A stretch of DNA of 43,683 nt from NCBI RefSeq assembly GCF_004010195.1, contig NC_057719.1, positions 49,461,155-49,504,837 of the forward strand, given 5' to 3'. The stretch comes from Chiloscyllium plagiosum (Eukaryota). Position 1 is the first letter of the stretch. Each line of letters starts with the position of its first letter. Below the pieces are notes generated by a model. The model saw nothing but the letters and a program-made list of their open reading frames with translations. It did not search any database and was not told the DNA's origin. Of the stretch, positions 26,347 through 38,150 are shown piece after piece. A program made the translations under genes and the position numbers.

Positions 26347-28967
26347 GTCAGTAAATTCATCTTCAAATGTCATATCTTACCATAAGGTAGATGCTTGTTG
26401 AGGCATAACAAGTCTCATCTACTGCTCAATTCACCACACCAGAACCACCTGCCTACCATCAATCCTATCAATCCAGACTCGTTCCTAATATTAATGTGCT
26501 ATACTTCACCCTTGAAATGTTCAAGAAGAAAACAGGAAGAAGACAAAGGGATGAGTTCACTAACACCTTGGCTGGAGTGCAGGATGCTGCCCCCACCACT
26601 TAAACATGACAAAGCATTCCATGCCGACAGCCTGTTTATCCTCTAGTATCAGTGAACCATCCCCAATTGTCGTGGTTAAATGCTTTCTTTATCTAACTAA
26701 CAAATTTATGATAGGAGTAATGGTTTAATTGGCTTTAGGTTTGGAAAGCTGTGAGATGCAGCAGTCTTTAATTGAAGTTATCATGTCACTGACATATTTG
26801 AAAATGCGATTTGTAGGTCGGATAATGGAAAAGTTACAGTGATCAGCAGGAGCTGTACTGGAAATTGTAGAAATACGCGATGGTAATTATGAGAGAAATC
26901 TTGATAGACTTTCGAAAGAGGTTACAAAAGGAACAACTGAGTTAGAAACTGTCTGCAATAAGTTAGCTTATGGTGCCCATTTGTATGCTTTACAATTGGA
27001 TAAGGAAAATAGAAAATTGTAGGAATTGGTAAAAGAGCTGCAGGATAAAAATGATTGCCATCAGGAATGCATGGTATCCATAATGTATAATGGGGAAAAG
27101 ACTGCAGATAGACCCAATATTGCGACAGGATATTGATGCTGAAATCGATGATGAAATGGACTTCACTCTCAATATTGCAAAATTCAAAACATGCCAGAAA
27201 AATTTATGAACAGACAGCAGCTGGGACTGTTATCTTGAAAGACAAGGCAAGGAACCTTGAAAATGCATTTAACAATGTTTCCACAACTGTTTCATCCCTG
27301 TGTAGTGACACAAAGCCAGTGTGTAATATCACCCATGAGCTGGAAGGGATGGACAAAGGAGTAGAAATGCTCAGCACAGTTAGAGATGTGATCAACAAGC
27401 CCCTTTTCCCCAGTAAAGTTAAAGAAGCCCTCTGTGAAAACTGAATTGTATTCACAGAGAGTTCCCATGACAGTGACATGGAGAGCATCTTTTACACTCA
27501 ACTAAAATCAATACTAAAACAAGTAGTCTGAAAGCATCATAGCTTCGAGACTTGCAAATCTTACTTCATTCCAAAGTTTAAAAAAATGCTCTTTTAAACT
27601 GCTGTACAAAAATGTTGTGAACAAAATGATTTAGCTTGTTCTCAAAACAGAGACATTCAATTTGAACTCTAATTTGGAATGAGAAATGTTTTGTGCATAT
27701 ACTTGTATTGTTTCTTTTTGAAGGTCGTTTTAAAAGAAAGAACTAAGAAAGGTTTTCTTTAAGACAATAGAAATTTAAAATGCCAGCTTGAAATAATCAA
27801 AGAATTTTGACAATTTTTTGATTAATGTACATGAAAGCAGGACATTACATCATTTGATTACTTGGGTCCTGTCCCTCCAAAAACTGGCAGAGTTAACTCT
27901 TTCTGTTGACAAATTTAAATCTTCTCACACACCTTCTATGTGGTGAGATGTGTGATTCTGGAAATTATGAACCCGCTGGGCTTCTTTCTGAAGCACAGTG
28001 GATTTTGTGGGGGGGGGGGGGGTTTGGATTTTTGAACAGAGTTCAATAACACAGCAAGGAAGCTGGAAGTCGTTTGGAAACAAAGTCTTCGAAATCAGGA
28101 CAATCCTGAACTGACTACACTCACTTTTTTTTTCAATATAAGAACACTGTGTAAAACACCAAGTCTGATGTAATTGTTTCTGAAATTAGGATTGATAAAA
28201 TTACTTGATATAAGTTGCTTGTTCAAACATGCAATGGAAAATTCAATTGAACTTTGAATGGAAAATAAATTTAAATATTTAAATTTTAATTTAAAACAAG
28301 AGCCAACAGAAACAGCCTAGGTGGTTTAATTTGTATTAGGAAAAAAGTGGGATAGATGGTTTGGGAAAAAATTGATTGACCACTAATGAAAGCTGTTAGC
28401 CCAACAATGCTGCAGAGGCTGGACTCAAAAGAACCTTTAGTCTATTGTTGTCAATTCTAAATTTGGAATAATTTTAAAAGTAGAGAAGTTGAGTCTAATC
28501 TAGCATGTTACGTTTGAGAAAATTGAATGTACTTTTTTTGTAAGAAAGACAAAACAAGCAAGTTTGGTAATGCTTGAAACCACACAGTAATAATGTTTGT
28601 CTCTTTTAAAACGATTGTGAAAACAGGCAGTTTGAAAAAAAACTGGACAGAGGGTTTCTCCCAAGTTCTTGAATCAGTTATGATAGTAATTCATGGGGCC
28701 ACACTTAGAATAAAGGTATAGTAACAGGAAAAAACAGTGACACAACATTAAAAATGCAGATGGGAATAACTCATTTAGGTGTAGTGAAATGGCATATATC
28801 CAATAAAATTAAAATATTGATAAAAGTCAATAATTAACAGTTGTCTTTTGGAGATATGTGAGCCTTTGCTTACATGATATTTCTAAAGGGAACTGAATTG
28901 GTTGATTTGGCCACCAACCACATTGGGACCAGGCAAGAACGATACATAAGCACCCTCCACCAACTTT

Positions 28968-29284
28968 TAGATTAGATTAGATTACTTACAGTGTGGAAAC
29001 AGGCCCTTCGGCCCAACAAGTCCACACCGGCCCACCGAAGCGTAACCCACCCATTCCCGTACATTTACCCCTTTACCTAACACTATGGGCAATTTGGCAT
29101 GGCCAATTCACCTGACGTGCACATCTTTGGACTGTGGGAGGAAACCGGAGCCCCCGGAGGAAACCCACGCAGACACGGGGAGAATGTGCAAACTCCACAC
29201 AGTCAGTCGCCTGAGTCGGGAATTGAACCCGGGTCTCTGGCGCTGTGAGGCAGCAGTGCTAACCACTGTGCCACCGTGCCGCCC
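28968..29284 (-). mobile_element. HE1-like V-SINE, young copy
   Basis: Intact tRNA-like head (GGGCGGCACGGTGGCACAGTGGTTAGC...GGGTTCAATTCC), V-domain and (CTAAT)n tail. CpGs are retained. Confidence 0.92.
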
Positions 29285-30218
29285 ACTAATCTTTTGATCT
29301 TTTGAAAAGATTACCTGAAAGTCAAGAATGCATGGCATGATCTTGGGATATCAATCTAAGTGTGTAGAGGTGGTTGTTACATGTGAAGTAGCTAACATGT
29401 AGGAATGCAAGGTGAAAAGGCAGTGAAGAATAGGTCTCAGATGTACACCTACTTAGATTAAATGATAATGCACTGATATACAATTCATGAACAAACTAAA
29501 TGAACAAATCAACAAATGTGGTTTTGTTGAGAAGGAAGTAAAAATTACAATTGGAGACTAATGGTGGAAATGCTGAAGAAATATCCACAAATGGATAAAA
29601 GTGAAGGAAAAACCAGAGAATTGATTAAGTCCATGCATAACTTGTCACGAGCCAATTTCAACTTTATCCCATGTATAATCAGCTTGTGACTACTGAACAA
29701 CATGTATATGCTTATGTAAGATCTTAATCATCTGTTTTGAAGGTATCAAGGGGTGGAATGCAATGCCAGGCTTAAGAATGACATCTCCAAACCAGATCAT
29801 CATCACCAATCTCCAATAAAGAGTTAATTGGATATGGCAATAGGCAATTGGAGGAAAATACATGAAAAGCAGGCTTACTGGACAGCAGCCTGTTTTGGCT
29901 GGCAATGACCCTGCCTTTGATGGGGAACAGGCTGTTTTTGCAGTGAAACCTGGACTTACCTGTAACTAGACCTTAAAGAACCCATTAGAGGCCCTCTTGT
30001 ATCCCTACCCTGAGACCTGCGTTCAAGTGCCATCTGCTCCAGAGATGTACAATAACATCTCTGAACAGGTTGATTAAGCGATAGGTTAAAATGAAAAAAA
30101 AAACCCATGAAACACCTACACACCCATAACTCAAAGTTTTGAGAGACTGGCAGCTAGCTATCCAGCAACAGCATCAGTCAAACTTTTTAAACACAACTGG
30201 CATTCTTCCTTCTTTCTT

Positions 30219-30578
30219 GGAGCAGCACGGTGGCTTAGTGGATAGCACAGCTGCCTCATAGCACTGGGGTATCCAGGTTCGCTTCTACCCTTGGGTTACT
30301 GTGTGAAGTTTATACATTCTTCCCATATTTGTGTGGGTTTCCTCCCCCAGTCCAAAGATGTGCACGTTAGGTGGATTGGCCATGTTAAATTGTCCATACT
30401 GTCCAGGGATGTATAAGTTTGGTGCATTAACCATGGAATATGCAGGGTTAGGCGTTATGTCAGTAACACAATAACTTCAGGATAAGGGGGTGAGACTTGA
30501 TGGGATGTTCTTTGGAGGGTCGGTGTTGACTCAATGGACCGAATGGCCTGCTTCCACACTGTAAAGATTCTATGATTC
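30219..30578 (+). mobile_element. HE1-like V-SINE, older copy
   Basis: gcagcacggtggcttagtggatagc head, V-domain, and gattctatgattct tail. Confidence 0.85.
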
Positions 30579-30592
30579 TTGCAGTAGAAATT

Positions 30593-30940
30593 AGGCTGAC
30601 GTGGTGGCTCAGTCGTTAGTACTGCTGCCTCACTGTGCCAGAAACCTGGGTTTGATTCCATCCTGAGGCAACTGTCTGTGTGGAGTTTGCACATTCTTGC
30701 CATGTCTGTATGGGTTTCTTCCAGATCCTCCAGTTCCCTCCTACAGTCCAAAGATGTGCAGGTTAGTGGGGTGGCCATGGTAAATTGCCCATACCGTCCA
30801 GGGATGTGCAGGCTAGGTGGGTGAGCCATGGGAAATGCAGGGTTACAGGAATGGGGTGGATCTAGTTGGGAATTTCTTTGGAGAGTTCTGAGGACTAGAT
30901 GGGCTGAATGGCTTGCTTCCACACTGTACTGATTCTATGA
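30593..30940 (+). mobile_element. HE1-like V-SINE, tandem to the previous copy
   Basis: gtggtggctcagtcgttag head, gtctgtgtggagtttgcacattct V-domain, and gattctatga tail. Confidence 0.85.
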
Positions 30941-31527
30941 AATTGGAGATGGAGGTCAAGGAAAAACAACAAAAAATAACAGCTGGAGGAAGGACACAAC
31001 TTTATTTTTAACTCCACTGAGGAGATGATACTGGCCATCATCAGCCACATACCTGACATTACTTCTTCATCTTACTGTTTGCTCATTTCTCAGTCTCCAC
31101 TGATTTACAAATCAATAATGTGAGTACACACTTCTTAATTTCTCCTCACCTAAGACCACAACGGAACTCTTCTTTGTTCTTCATTTCAGATAATTAAGAA
31201 CTAGAATGCATGGAGGTGCTGGGGAGAAATTGAAAATGAGCAACTTCATCACTGGATTTCACAGTTGCAGCCACCAACTCAGGTATTGTTATTGTATCGA
31301 ATTTAGAAGTTGGAAGGAGTTGGAGAGTACTCCATCATACTCCTGATTTGTGCCTTGTAAATGGTGGCTAGGCTTTAGAGAGGCAGGAGGTGAATGGCTT
31401 GCACAGCATTCTTAGCCTCTGATTTGCTCTTGTCACCACAGTATTTATATGGCTGAAATAAAAATAAAGGTTGAAACTTTATTGCTGGAACAGCACAGCA
31501 GGTCAGGCAGCATCCAGGGAACAGGAG

Positions 31528-31563
31528 ATTCGACGTTTCGGGCACAGGCCCTTCTTCAGGAAT
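31528..31563 (-). ncRNA. Minimal type I hammerhead ribozyme, intact core
   Basis: Exact reverse complement of 33087-33122. Confidence 0.8.
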
Positions 31564-31740
31564 GAGCAGAGAGTGTTCAGCAGGAGAAGATAAAAGGTAG
31601 GGAGGAGGGACTTGGAGGAGGGGCGTTGGAAATGTGATAGGTGGAAAGAGGTCAAGGTGAGGGTGATAGGTCGGAGTAGGATGGAGGCGGAGAGGTCAAG
31701 AAGAAGACTGCAGGCCAGGAAGGCGGTGCCGGGCTGGAAG

Positions 31741-32198
31741 GATAGTAAGTTTGCAGATGACACTAAAATAGGAGGGTTCCAATGAGGAACATTACCAGAA
31801 ATTGCAGCAGTACCTTGATCGGCAGCAGAAGTGGGCTGAGAAATAACATGTGGAGTTTAACATAAGTAAGGGTCACGTCTTGCATTTTGGAAAGCCAAAT
31901 CCAGGTAGGAGTTTAATAATGAATGAGAGGGTCTTAAGGAGTGTAGTGTAACAAAGGAAATTAGAGATCAGGTGCATGGTTGTCTAAAATTTGAGTCACA
32001 GATACACAGGAGAGTGAAGGAGGCTGTTGGCACACAGGCCTTCATCAGGGCATTGAGTATAGAAGTTGGGAAGTTATGTTCCAGTTGTACAGGACATTCA
32101 GAAGGCTGCGTTTGGAGTATTGTGTTCAATTGTGGTCACCTTGCTACAGGAAGAATGACTTTTTTCTTTAGCGTGTAGGAGACTGAGGGGGATCTTAT
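31741..32198 (+). mobile_element. Degenerate CR1 RT fragment lying between the PLE arms
   Basis: SKFADDTKIGG...LQQYLDRQQKWAEK*HVEFNISK..VLHFG...LEYCVQLWSP, with stops and frameshifts. Confidence 0.85.
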
Positions 32199-32339
32199 NN
32201 NNNNNNNNNNNNNNNNNNNNNNNNNNNNNNNNNNNNNNNNNNNNNNNNNNNNNNNNNNNNNNNNNNNNNNNNNNNNNNNNNNNNNNNNNNNNNNNNNNNN
32301 NNNNNNNNNNNNNNNNNNNNNNNNNNNNNNNNNNNNNNN
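32199..32339. other. Assembly gap
   Basis: Run of N. Confidence 1.
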
Positions 32340-32830
32340 GGACTGGTCCTCCTGGGAGCAGATGCGGCGGAGACGAAGGAATTGGGAGAATGGGATGGCG
32401 TTTTTACAGGGGGCAGGGTGGGAGGAGGTGTAGTCTAGGTAGCTGTGGGAGTCGGTTGGTTTGTAGTAGATGTCCGTGTTGATTCGGTCGCCTGAGGTAG
32501 GAACAGAAAGGTCTAGGAAGGGGAGGGAGGAGTCCGGGACTGTCCAGGTGAATTTGAGGTCGGGGTGGAAGGTGTTAGTGTAGTGGATGAACTGTTCAAC
32601 CTCCTCGTGGGAGCACGAGGTAGCGCCGATACAGTCATCAATGTAGCGAAGGAAAAGATGGGGGGTGGGGCCAGTGTAGTTGCGGAAGATGGATTGTTCC
32701 ACATACCCTACGAAGAGGCAGGCATAGCTGGGGCCCATGCGGGTGCCCATGGCTACTCCTTTTGTTTGGAGAAAGTGGGAGGATTGGAAAGAAAAGTTGT
32801 TCAGGGTGAGGACCAGTTCGGTCAGTCGAA
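32340..32830 (-). CDS. Penelope-type reverse transcriptase fragment (open frame; truncated by the inversion junction and the gap)
   Basis: LTLNNFSFQSSHFLQTKGVAMGTRMGPSYACLFVGYVEQ...FLRYIDDCIG...FLDLSV...YYKPTDSHSYLDYTSSHP...SQFLRLRRICS, with no stops. Confidence 0.85.
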
Positions 32831-33086
32831 GCTGACCGTCAGTCAAGGATGAACTTGGACTTCACCAGTTTCTTCATCCCCCCTCCCCCCACCTTGTCTC
32901 AGCCGAATTCCTCCAGCCCGGCACCACCTTCCTGACCTGCAGTCTTCTTCTTGACCTCTCCGCCTCCATCCTACTCCGACCTATCACCCTCACCTTGACC
33001 TCTTTCCACCTATCACATTTCCAACGCCCCTCCTCCAAGTCCCTCCTCCCTACCTTTTATCTTCTCCTGCTGAACACTCTCTGCTC

Positions 33087-33122
33087 ATTCCTGAAGAAGG
33101 GCCTGTGCCCGAAACGTCGAAT
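33087..33122 (+). ncRNA. Minimal type I hammerhead ribozyme, intact core
   Basis: AUUC [stem I] CUGAAGA A GGGC-CUGU-GCCC [stem II] GAAA CGUC GAAU [stem I']. Stem III is the palindrome ACGU. Predicted cleavage is after C33118. Confidence 0.82.
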
Positions 33123-34123
33123 CTCCTGTTCCCTGGATGCTGCCTGACCTGCTGTGCTGTTCCAGCAATAAAGTTTCAACTTTGATCTCCAGCATCTGCA
33201 GACCTCACTTTCTCCCTGAAATAAAAATAAAGAACTGCGGATACTGGAAATCTGAAACAAACAAAATTGGAGAAACTCGGCAAGACTGTCAGCATCCATA
33301 GAGAGAAAAATAGCGGTTTTGTTTTGACTCCAGTGATCCTTCGTAGTGGCAACTGAGAAACAGTTGGGAGAGGGTAGTATTAATGCTGATGACCGAGATG
33401 GGTAAGAGTAGCGGGACAGGGTGTTGATGGAATGAATACAATACATGGAGATGGTGCCCAGAGAGAGAGTGAGAGAGTGAGAGAGAGAGATAACGTGAAC
33501 AATCAATGTAATCTACCAAATCCCACAAGGCAGATCAGAATCAAAAGACATGAAGTCACAATTACATAATGAGGGACATGTCAGGAAAGTATGCCAAGTC
33601 AGCACAATAAACCACTTTTACCACACAAAGTTCCTGTTTGACACGAAGCCAAGATTGTTTCAGACCTCTTCCATGTCCATGGGAATGATTTATTTTGTCT
33701 GATTTTACCATCACTTCCAGAATCCGTCAAGCAAACTGTGGAGCACACTATAAATGCTGTTTTATGTTTATTGAGGTCACCAAAGGAGATAATTCAGGAT
33801 GAGGGACTTTGATTTACTGCTAAACCATTCAGGGACCCATGTGACAAGTGGAGAAAAGACCACTTCACGATTTTTCTTGCATTCTCACACAAACATGGTA
33901 AGAATGCGCAAACTCCACAGAGAAATATAACCGTATCGTACAAACAATGATCCAAATAGAACAAACAAGATCTATAGCCACAATGCAATTCCTTACAGCA
34001 ACACTTCTAAGTGTAATTATTTCAACACCGATGAACCATATTTGGGATTGAAGAGTGAATTAGGCCCCAAACATTACCTGAGAAAGTTCAATCACAGGGA
34101 CGACAAATCAAAGAAAGAAGTAA

Positions 34124-34286
34124 AAATACAAATTGCTGGAGATACACGGTAAGTCAGGCAGCATCTGTAGAGGAGAAAGTGAGGGCTGCAGATGCTGGAG
34201 ATCAGAGCTGAAAATGTGTTGCTGGAAACGCGCAGCAGGTCAGGCAGCATCCAGGGCACAGGAGAATCGACATTTCAGGCATAAGC
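34124..34286 (-). mobile_element. Two nested Penelope-like 3' termini
   Basis: An older end (aaattgctggagatacac..gtcaggcagcatct) is followed directly by a younger tail gagaaagtgagggctgcagatgctggagatca...aatcgacatttcaggcataagc, which resembles the reverse complement of 33100-33215. Confidence 0.75.
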
Positions 34287-34614
34287 ACATGAAGAGAAGC
34301 AAAGTTAGATGAACAGATATTAAATAGCAAAGTGATATCAGGACCTAAGGAGAAAGAGAAGAAATTCTACTGAAGTATACTGCAAGAAGAACTAAAGTTG
34401 AAAGAAAGAGTCACACACTACAGACCAAGAGAATGGCTGCAATGGGCACAGGAATAGACAATAACTAGGACTAAAATAGAGAGTGAAGTGCACAGAAAAT
34501 AGGACATAAGTAAAGAAGGAAAGCCAGTGAGAACATAACTACTTGACAGATGAAATTGCTGAAAGCAAAAGTCATGGAGTAGAGCAGAAAATAGACAGTT
34601 CTCAAGCTGGCAAA

Positions 34615-36357
34615 ATGAATTGAATTGAATTGAATTTATTGTCACATGTACCGAGGCACAGTGAAAAGCTTTATCTTGCGAGCAATACAGGCAGATCACA
34701 GAGTTAAGTAGCATAGATAAGTAAATAAATAGGTAAACAGCAGCAAAAATAAAAACACAGGTACAGGCGAATGTTAAGAGTTTGTGAGTCCATTCAATAT
34801 TCTAACAACAGTAGGGTATAAACTGTTTTGAAACCAGCTGGTGCATGTTCAGGCGTTCAGGCATTGTCTTCTCCCCAATGGTAGAGGTTGTAGAAAAACA
34901 TTGCCACAGTGGGATGGATCTTTGAGAATAATGGTGGCCTTTCCTTGACAACAGGCCTGGTAGCTAGATTCTATAGATGGGAGGTTGGCCTTTGTGATTG
35001 TCCGGGCCGAGTTAACCACTCTCTGTAACCGTCTCCAATCTTGAATGGTACAATTGCCATACCAGGTAGTGATACATCCAGACAGAATGCTCTCGATGGC
35101 GCACCTATAAAAGTTGGCAAGGGTATTCGCCATCGTGCCAAATTTCCTCAGCTACCTGAGGAAGAAATGTTGTTGGGCCTTTGTAACCAGTGCATTCACG
35201 TGAAGAGTCCAAGAAAGCTTGTTGTGGATAACCACCCTCAGGAGCTTGACACTCCACTTGTTCTGCTGTTAATGTGTAGAGGGGCATGAGTAAAATCCCG
35301 CCAAAAGTCAATAATGGGTTCCTTGGTTTTGCCAGCATTGAGAGCAAGGTTGTTGTCAGTGCACCATTTTTTCAGGTCTTCTACCGCCTGTCTGTAGTCT
35401 CTTTCGTCGCCATCTGAGATTCTACCGACTGTGGTGGTGTTATCAGTGAACGTGTAAATGGCATTAATCTATTTTTTGGTGACACAGTCATGGGAATACA
35501 ATAAGTACAGTAGAAGGCGGAGTACGCACCCCTGGGGGGGCTCCAGGTGTTGAGTGTTAGTGAGGATGAAATATTGTCCCCAATCTTAACAGATAGTGGC
35601 TAGTGGGTCAGGAAACTGAGGATCTAGTTGCAGTGAGTGCTTAGTCCGAGATCACTAAGTTTAGTAATCAGTCTTGAGGGGATAATAGTGTTGAAGGCTG
35701 AACTGCAGTCAATGAGTAGGATTCTTAGGTAGTTATTCTTGGTGTCAAGATGTTCCAGGGAGCAATGAAGGGCTAGTGATATGGCATCTGATGTGGATCT
35801 GATAGTTCAATAGGCAAATTGGTGTGGGTCAAGAGTAGTGGGAGACTGGAGTTGAATAGTGCCATGACAAGCCTTTCAAAGCACTTCATGACCATCGAAG
35901 TTAGGGCCACTGGGGGTAGTCATTGAGATATGCTGCATGAGCCTTCTTAGACACATAGATGATGTTGGCCCTCTTGAAACAGGCAGGGAAGTGGCCTGCT
36001 GCAGGGAGAGGTCGAAGATATCCGAGAGTACCTCTGCCAATTGATCTGTGCATCCTGTGAGTGCACGCCCTGGTTCTCCATCTGGTCCCAATACTTTCCT
36101 TGGATTCACACGAAGGAAAACAGATCTGACCTCTGTTGCAGTGACTGTTGGGATAGGCTGATCAGGACTTGTTGGAATAGGTGTTACCTCTCCAATAAAA
36201 TTCTGCTCAAAGCGAGCATAGAAGGTGTTGAGATGATCTGGAAGGGATGTGTCATCGTCTGCTATCTTGCTCTGTCTCTTTTTAGAACCTGTGATGTAGT
36301 TCACTCCTTGCCATAGTCGCTGGGTGTCTATCTAGGTCTCTTGTTTGAGTAACTCTA
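34615..36357 (-). mobile_element. Rex1/Babar-type LINE, 5'-truncated
   Basis: Minus frames LPDHLNTFYARFE...VNPRKVLGPDGEPGRAL..C.DQLAEV..DIF.LSL and LANFYRCAIESILSGCITTWYGNC...LQRVV, plus a 3' (ATTCA)n tail at 34615-34635. Confidence 0.85.
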
Positions 36358-36514
36358 GATAGCAGGGCAACACATGGGTATGGGTAGGTGGTCAGAAACC
36401 CATGGTTCTATGGCATCAAAGATGTTTCTGAAAAGCAAATTATTAGTCTGATGGCAAATAACAAAGTTAGCACTGGAATGGAATTGAGCTCCGGCAGCGG
36501 AGGCGAGATAAACT

Positions 36515-36825
36515 GGGCGGCATGGTAGCACAGTGGTTAGCACTGCTGCCTCACAGCGCCAGAGACCTGGGTTCAATTCCTGCTTCAGGGGACTGACTGT
36601 GTGGAGTTTGCACGTTCTCCCCATGTCTGCGTGGGTTTCCTCCAGGTGCTCCAGTTTCCTCCCACAGTCCAAAGATGTGCACGTCAGGTGAATTGGCCAT
36701 GCTAAACTGCCCATAGTGTTAGGTAAGGGGTAAATGTAGGGGTATGGGTGGGTTGCGCTTCGGCAGGGCGGTGTGGACTTGTTGGGCCGAAGGGCCTGTT
36801 TCCACACTGTAAGTAATCTAATCTA
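36515..36825 (+). mobile_element. HE1-like V-SINE
   Basis: Full head, V-domain and taatctaatcta tail. aaactg flanks both sides (possible short TSD). Confidence 0.92.
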
Positions 36826-37319
36826 AAAAAAACTGAGCAGAAATTACTGAACATTATGAGGATACATCGTTGGATAGTTTGTGAATGGATCAAAATAATA
36901 ATAAATAGAAGTGTATTTTACAGATATACAAATAAATATTGCTAAAACATAATAAACAGAAAAATAAGAACTTTATTTCAAAACTTATTCACCATTTTGA
37001 ATAATTTCATGATTTTCCTTGTCACTTTTGTGCCTGACATAAGCCAGTTTAGTTGCTTGAGCTGCTTCTCAATATACCAGACTTGAAATCCTGAGCCATT
37101 TTCACTCGCTTCTTTGTATATGGTTATTTTTGATAGTGCATTTGAAACTGAAGCTGATATCATCTAATGGGGTTTCTGATATTTTGATTCTAAATATATC
37201 CATAATCTGTTTGTTTTGATCATTACTAACATCAAGTAAGTTTTGATATTTTGTCAACTGAAACTTTAAGTTCTTTCTGCTTTAATGAGTTTGATTCATT
37301 CTATAAGAGAAAATAAGAC

Positions 37320-38150
37320 AACTTTCATTTATAATTCATCTTCACCATAGAGAAACAATCCAAGCTGCTTCACAGAAGTCTAGTTAGATAAAAGTATGTA
37401 GAAAGCAAAACTAGTGCACAGTTAAAAATAGCCCTATGTAAAGAAGAGAGTTAAGAATCATTCAGAATTTCAAGTTTGGTATCTTAGAAGCAGCTCAACT
37501 AACTAAATTTGCAAATGTTAGGCAAAAAAACAAGGAAAATCATGACATTAAAAAAGTGGTGCTGCATGTTCAATAAGATGAATTTTTGAGAGGATGTGAA
37601 AGGAAAAGAGATTTATGGAGTGGAATCCTGCGTGCAGAACCTATAAAGATACAGTGGACAATGATGCCATAGAGAAGACATGCAATGTACAATGAGGTAC
37701 AATGTACAAAGAGGTATTGAAGAGTAGTGCAAAATTCTTGAAGGATTTGTCAGTTGAAGGATATTATAAAAATACCAGGAAATGAAATATCAATGTATGT
37801 AAGTAGGTACAGGAGTAATGGGTGAACAGAACCTAGTGCGGTGAGGTTATGGGCAGTCATGTTTCAGAGGAGCTGAAGTTTATACAAAGCAGAGAATGGA
37901 ACATTGACCATGAGATCACTGGATTGGTTAAGTTTGGAGGTGAGGCACAAAGGCACAGATAAGAATTTTGCAAAGTTGAACTGAAGCAGGTTCACAGATG
38001 ATTGATGTTACAGGGGTGAAATTAGGCAATCTTTGTGATTAAGTCAAGTCAATAATTGGGTCAGGTGTTTAGCTCAAGAACAAATATGAAGCAACATTAA
38101 CACAGTCTGGCTGAAGCTGAGACAATGGCCACAGAAAGCCAGCAACCAGT
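37320..38150 (-). mobile_element. Degenerate L2 LINE fragment, interrupted near 37410-37560
   Basis: Purine-rich text resembling 17640-18300 (ggagtggaatcc, gagtaatgggtgaacagaacctagtg, agtttggaggtga). Confidence 0.55.

Larger units (their letters stand above)
31470..33215 (-). mobile_element. Young Penelope-like element with inverted pLTRs, an RT fragment and a 17-bp TSD
   Basis: 269-bp inverted arms 31470-31738 and 32912-33180 (2 mismatches seen), tail 33181-33215, TSD ctgaaataaaaataaag at 31453-31469 and 33216-33232. Internal RT at 32340-32830. Confidence 0.93.

Noticed and set aside
29215..29284. tRNA genes suggested by A/B boxes (also at 2410-2483 and 36515-36580)
   Set aside because: They are SINE heads that continue into a V-domain and LINE-derived tail.
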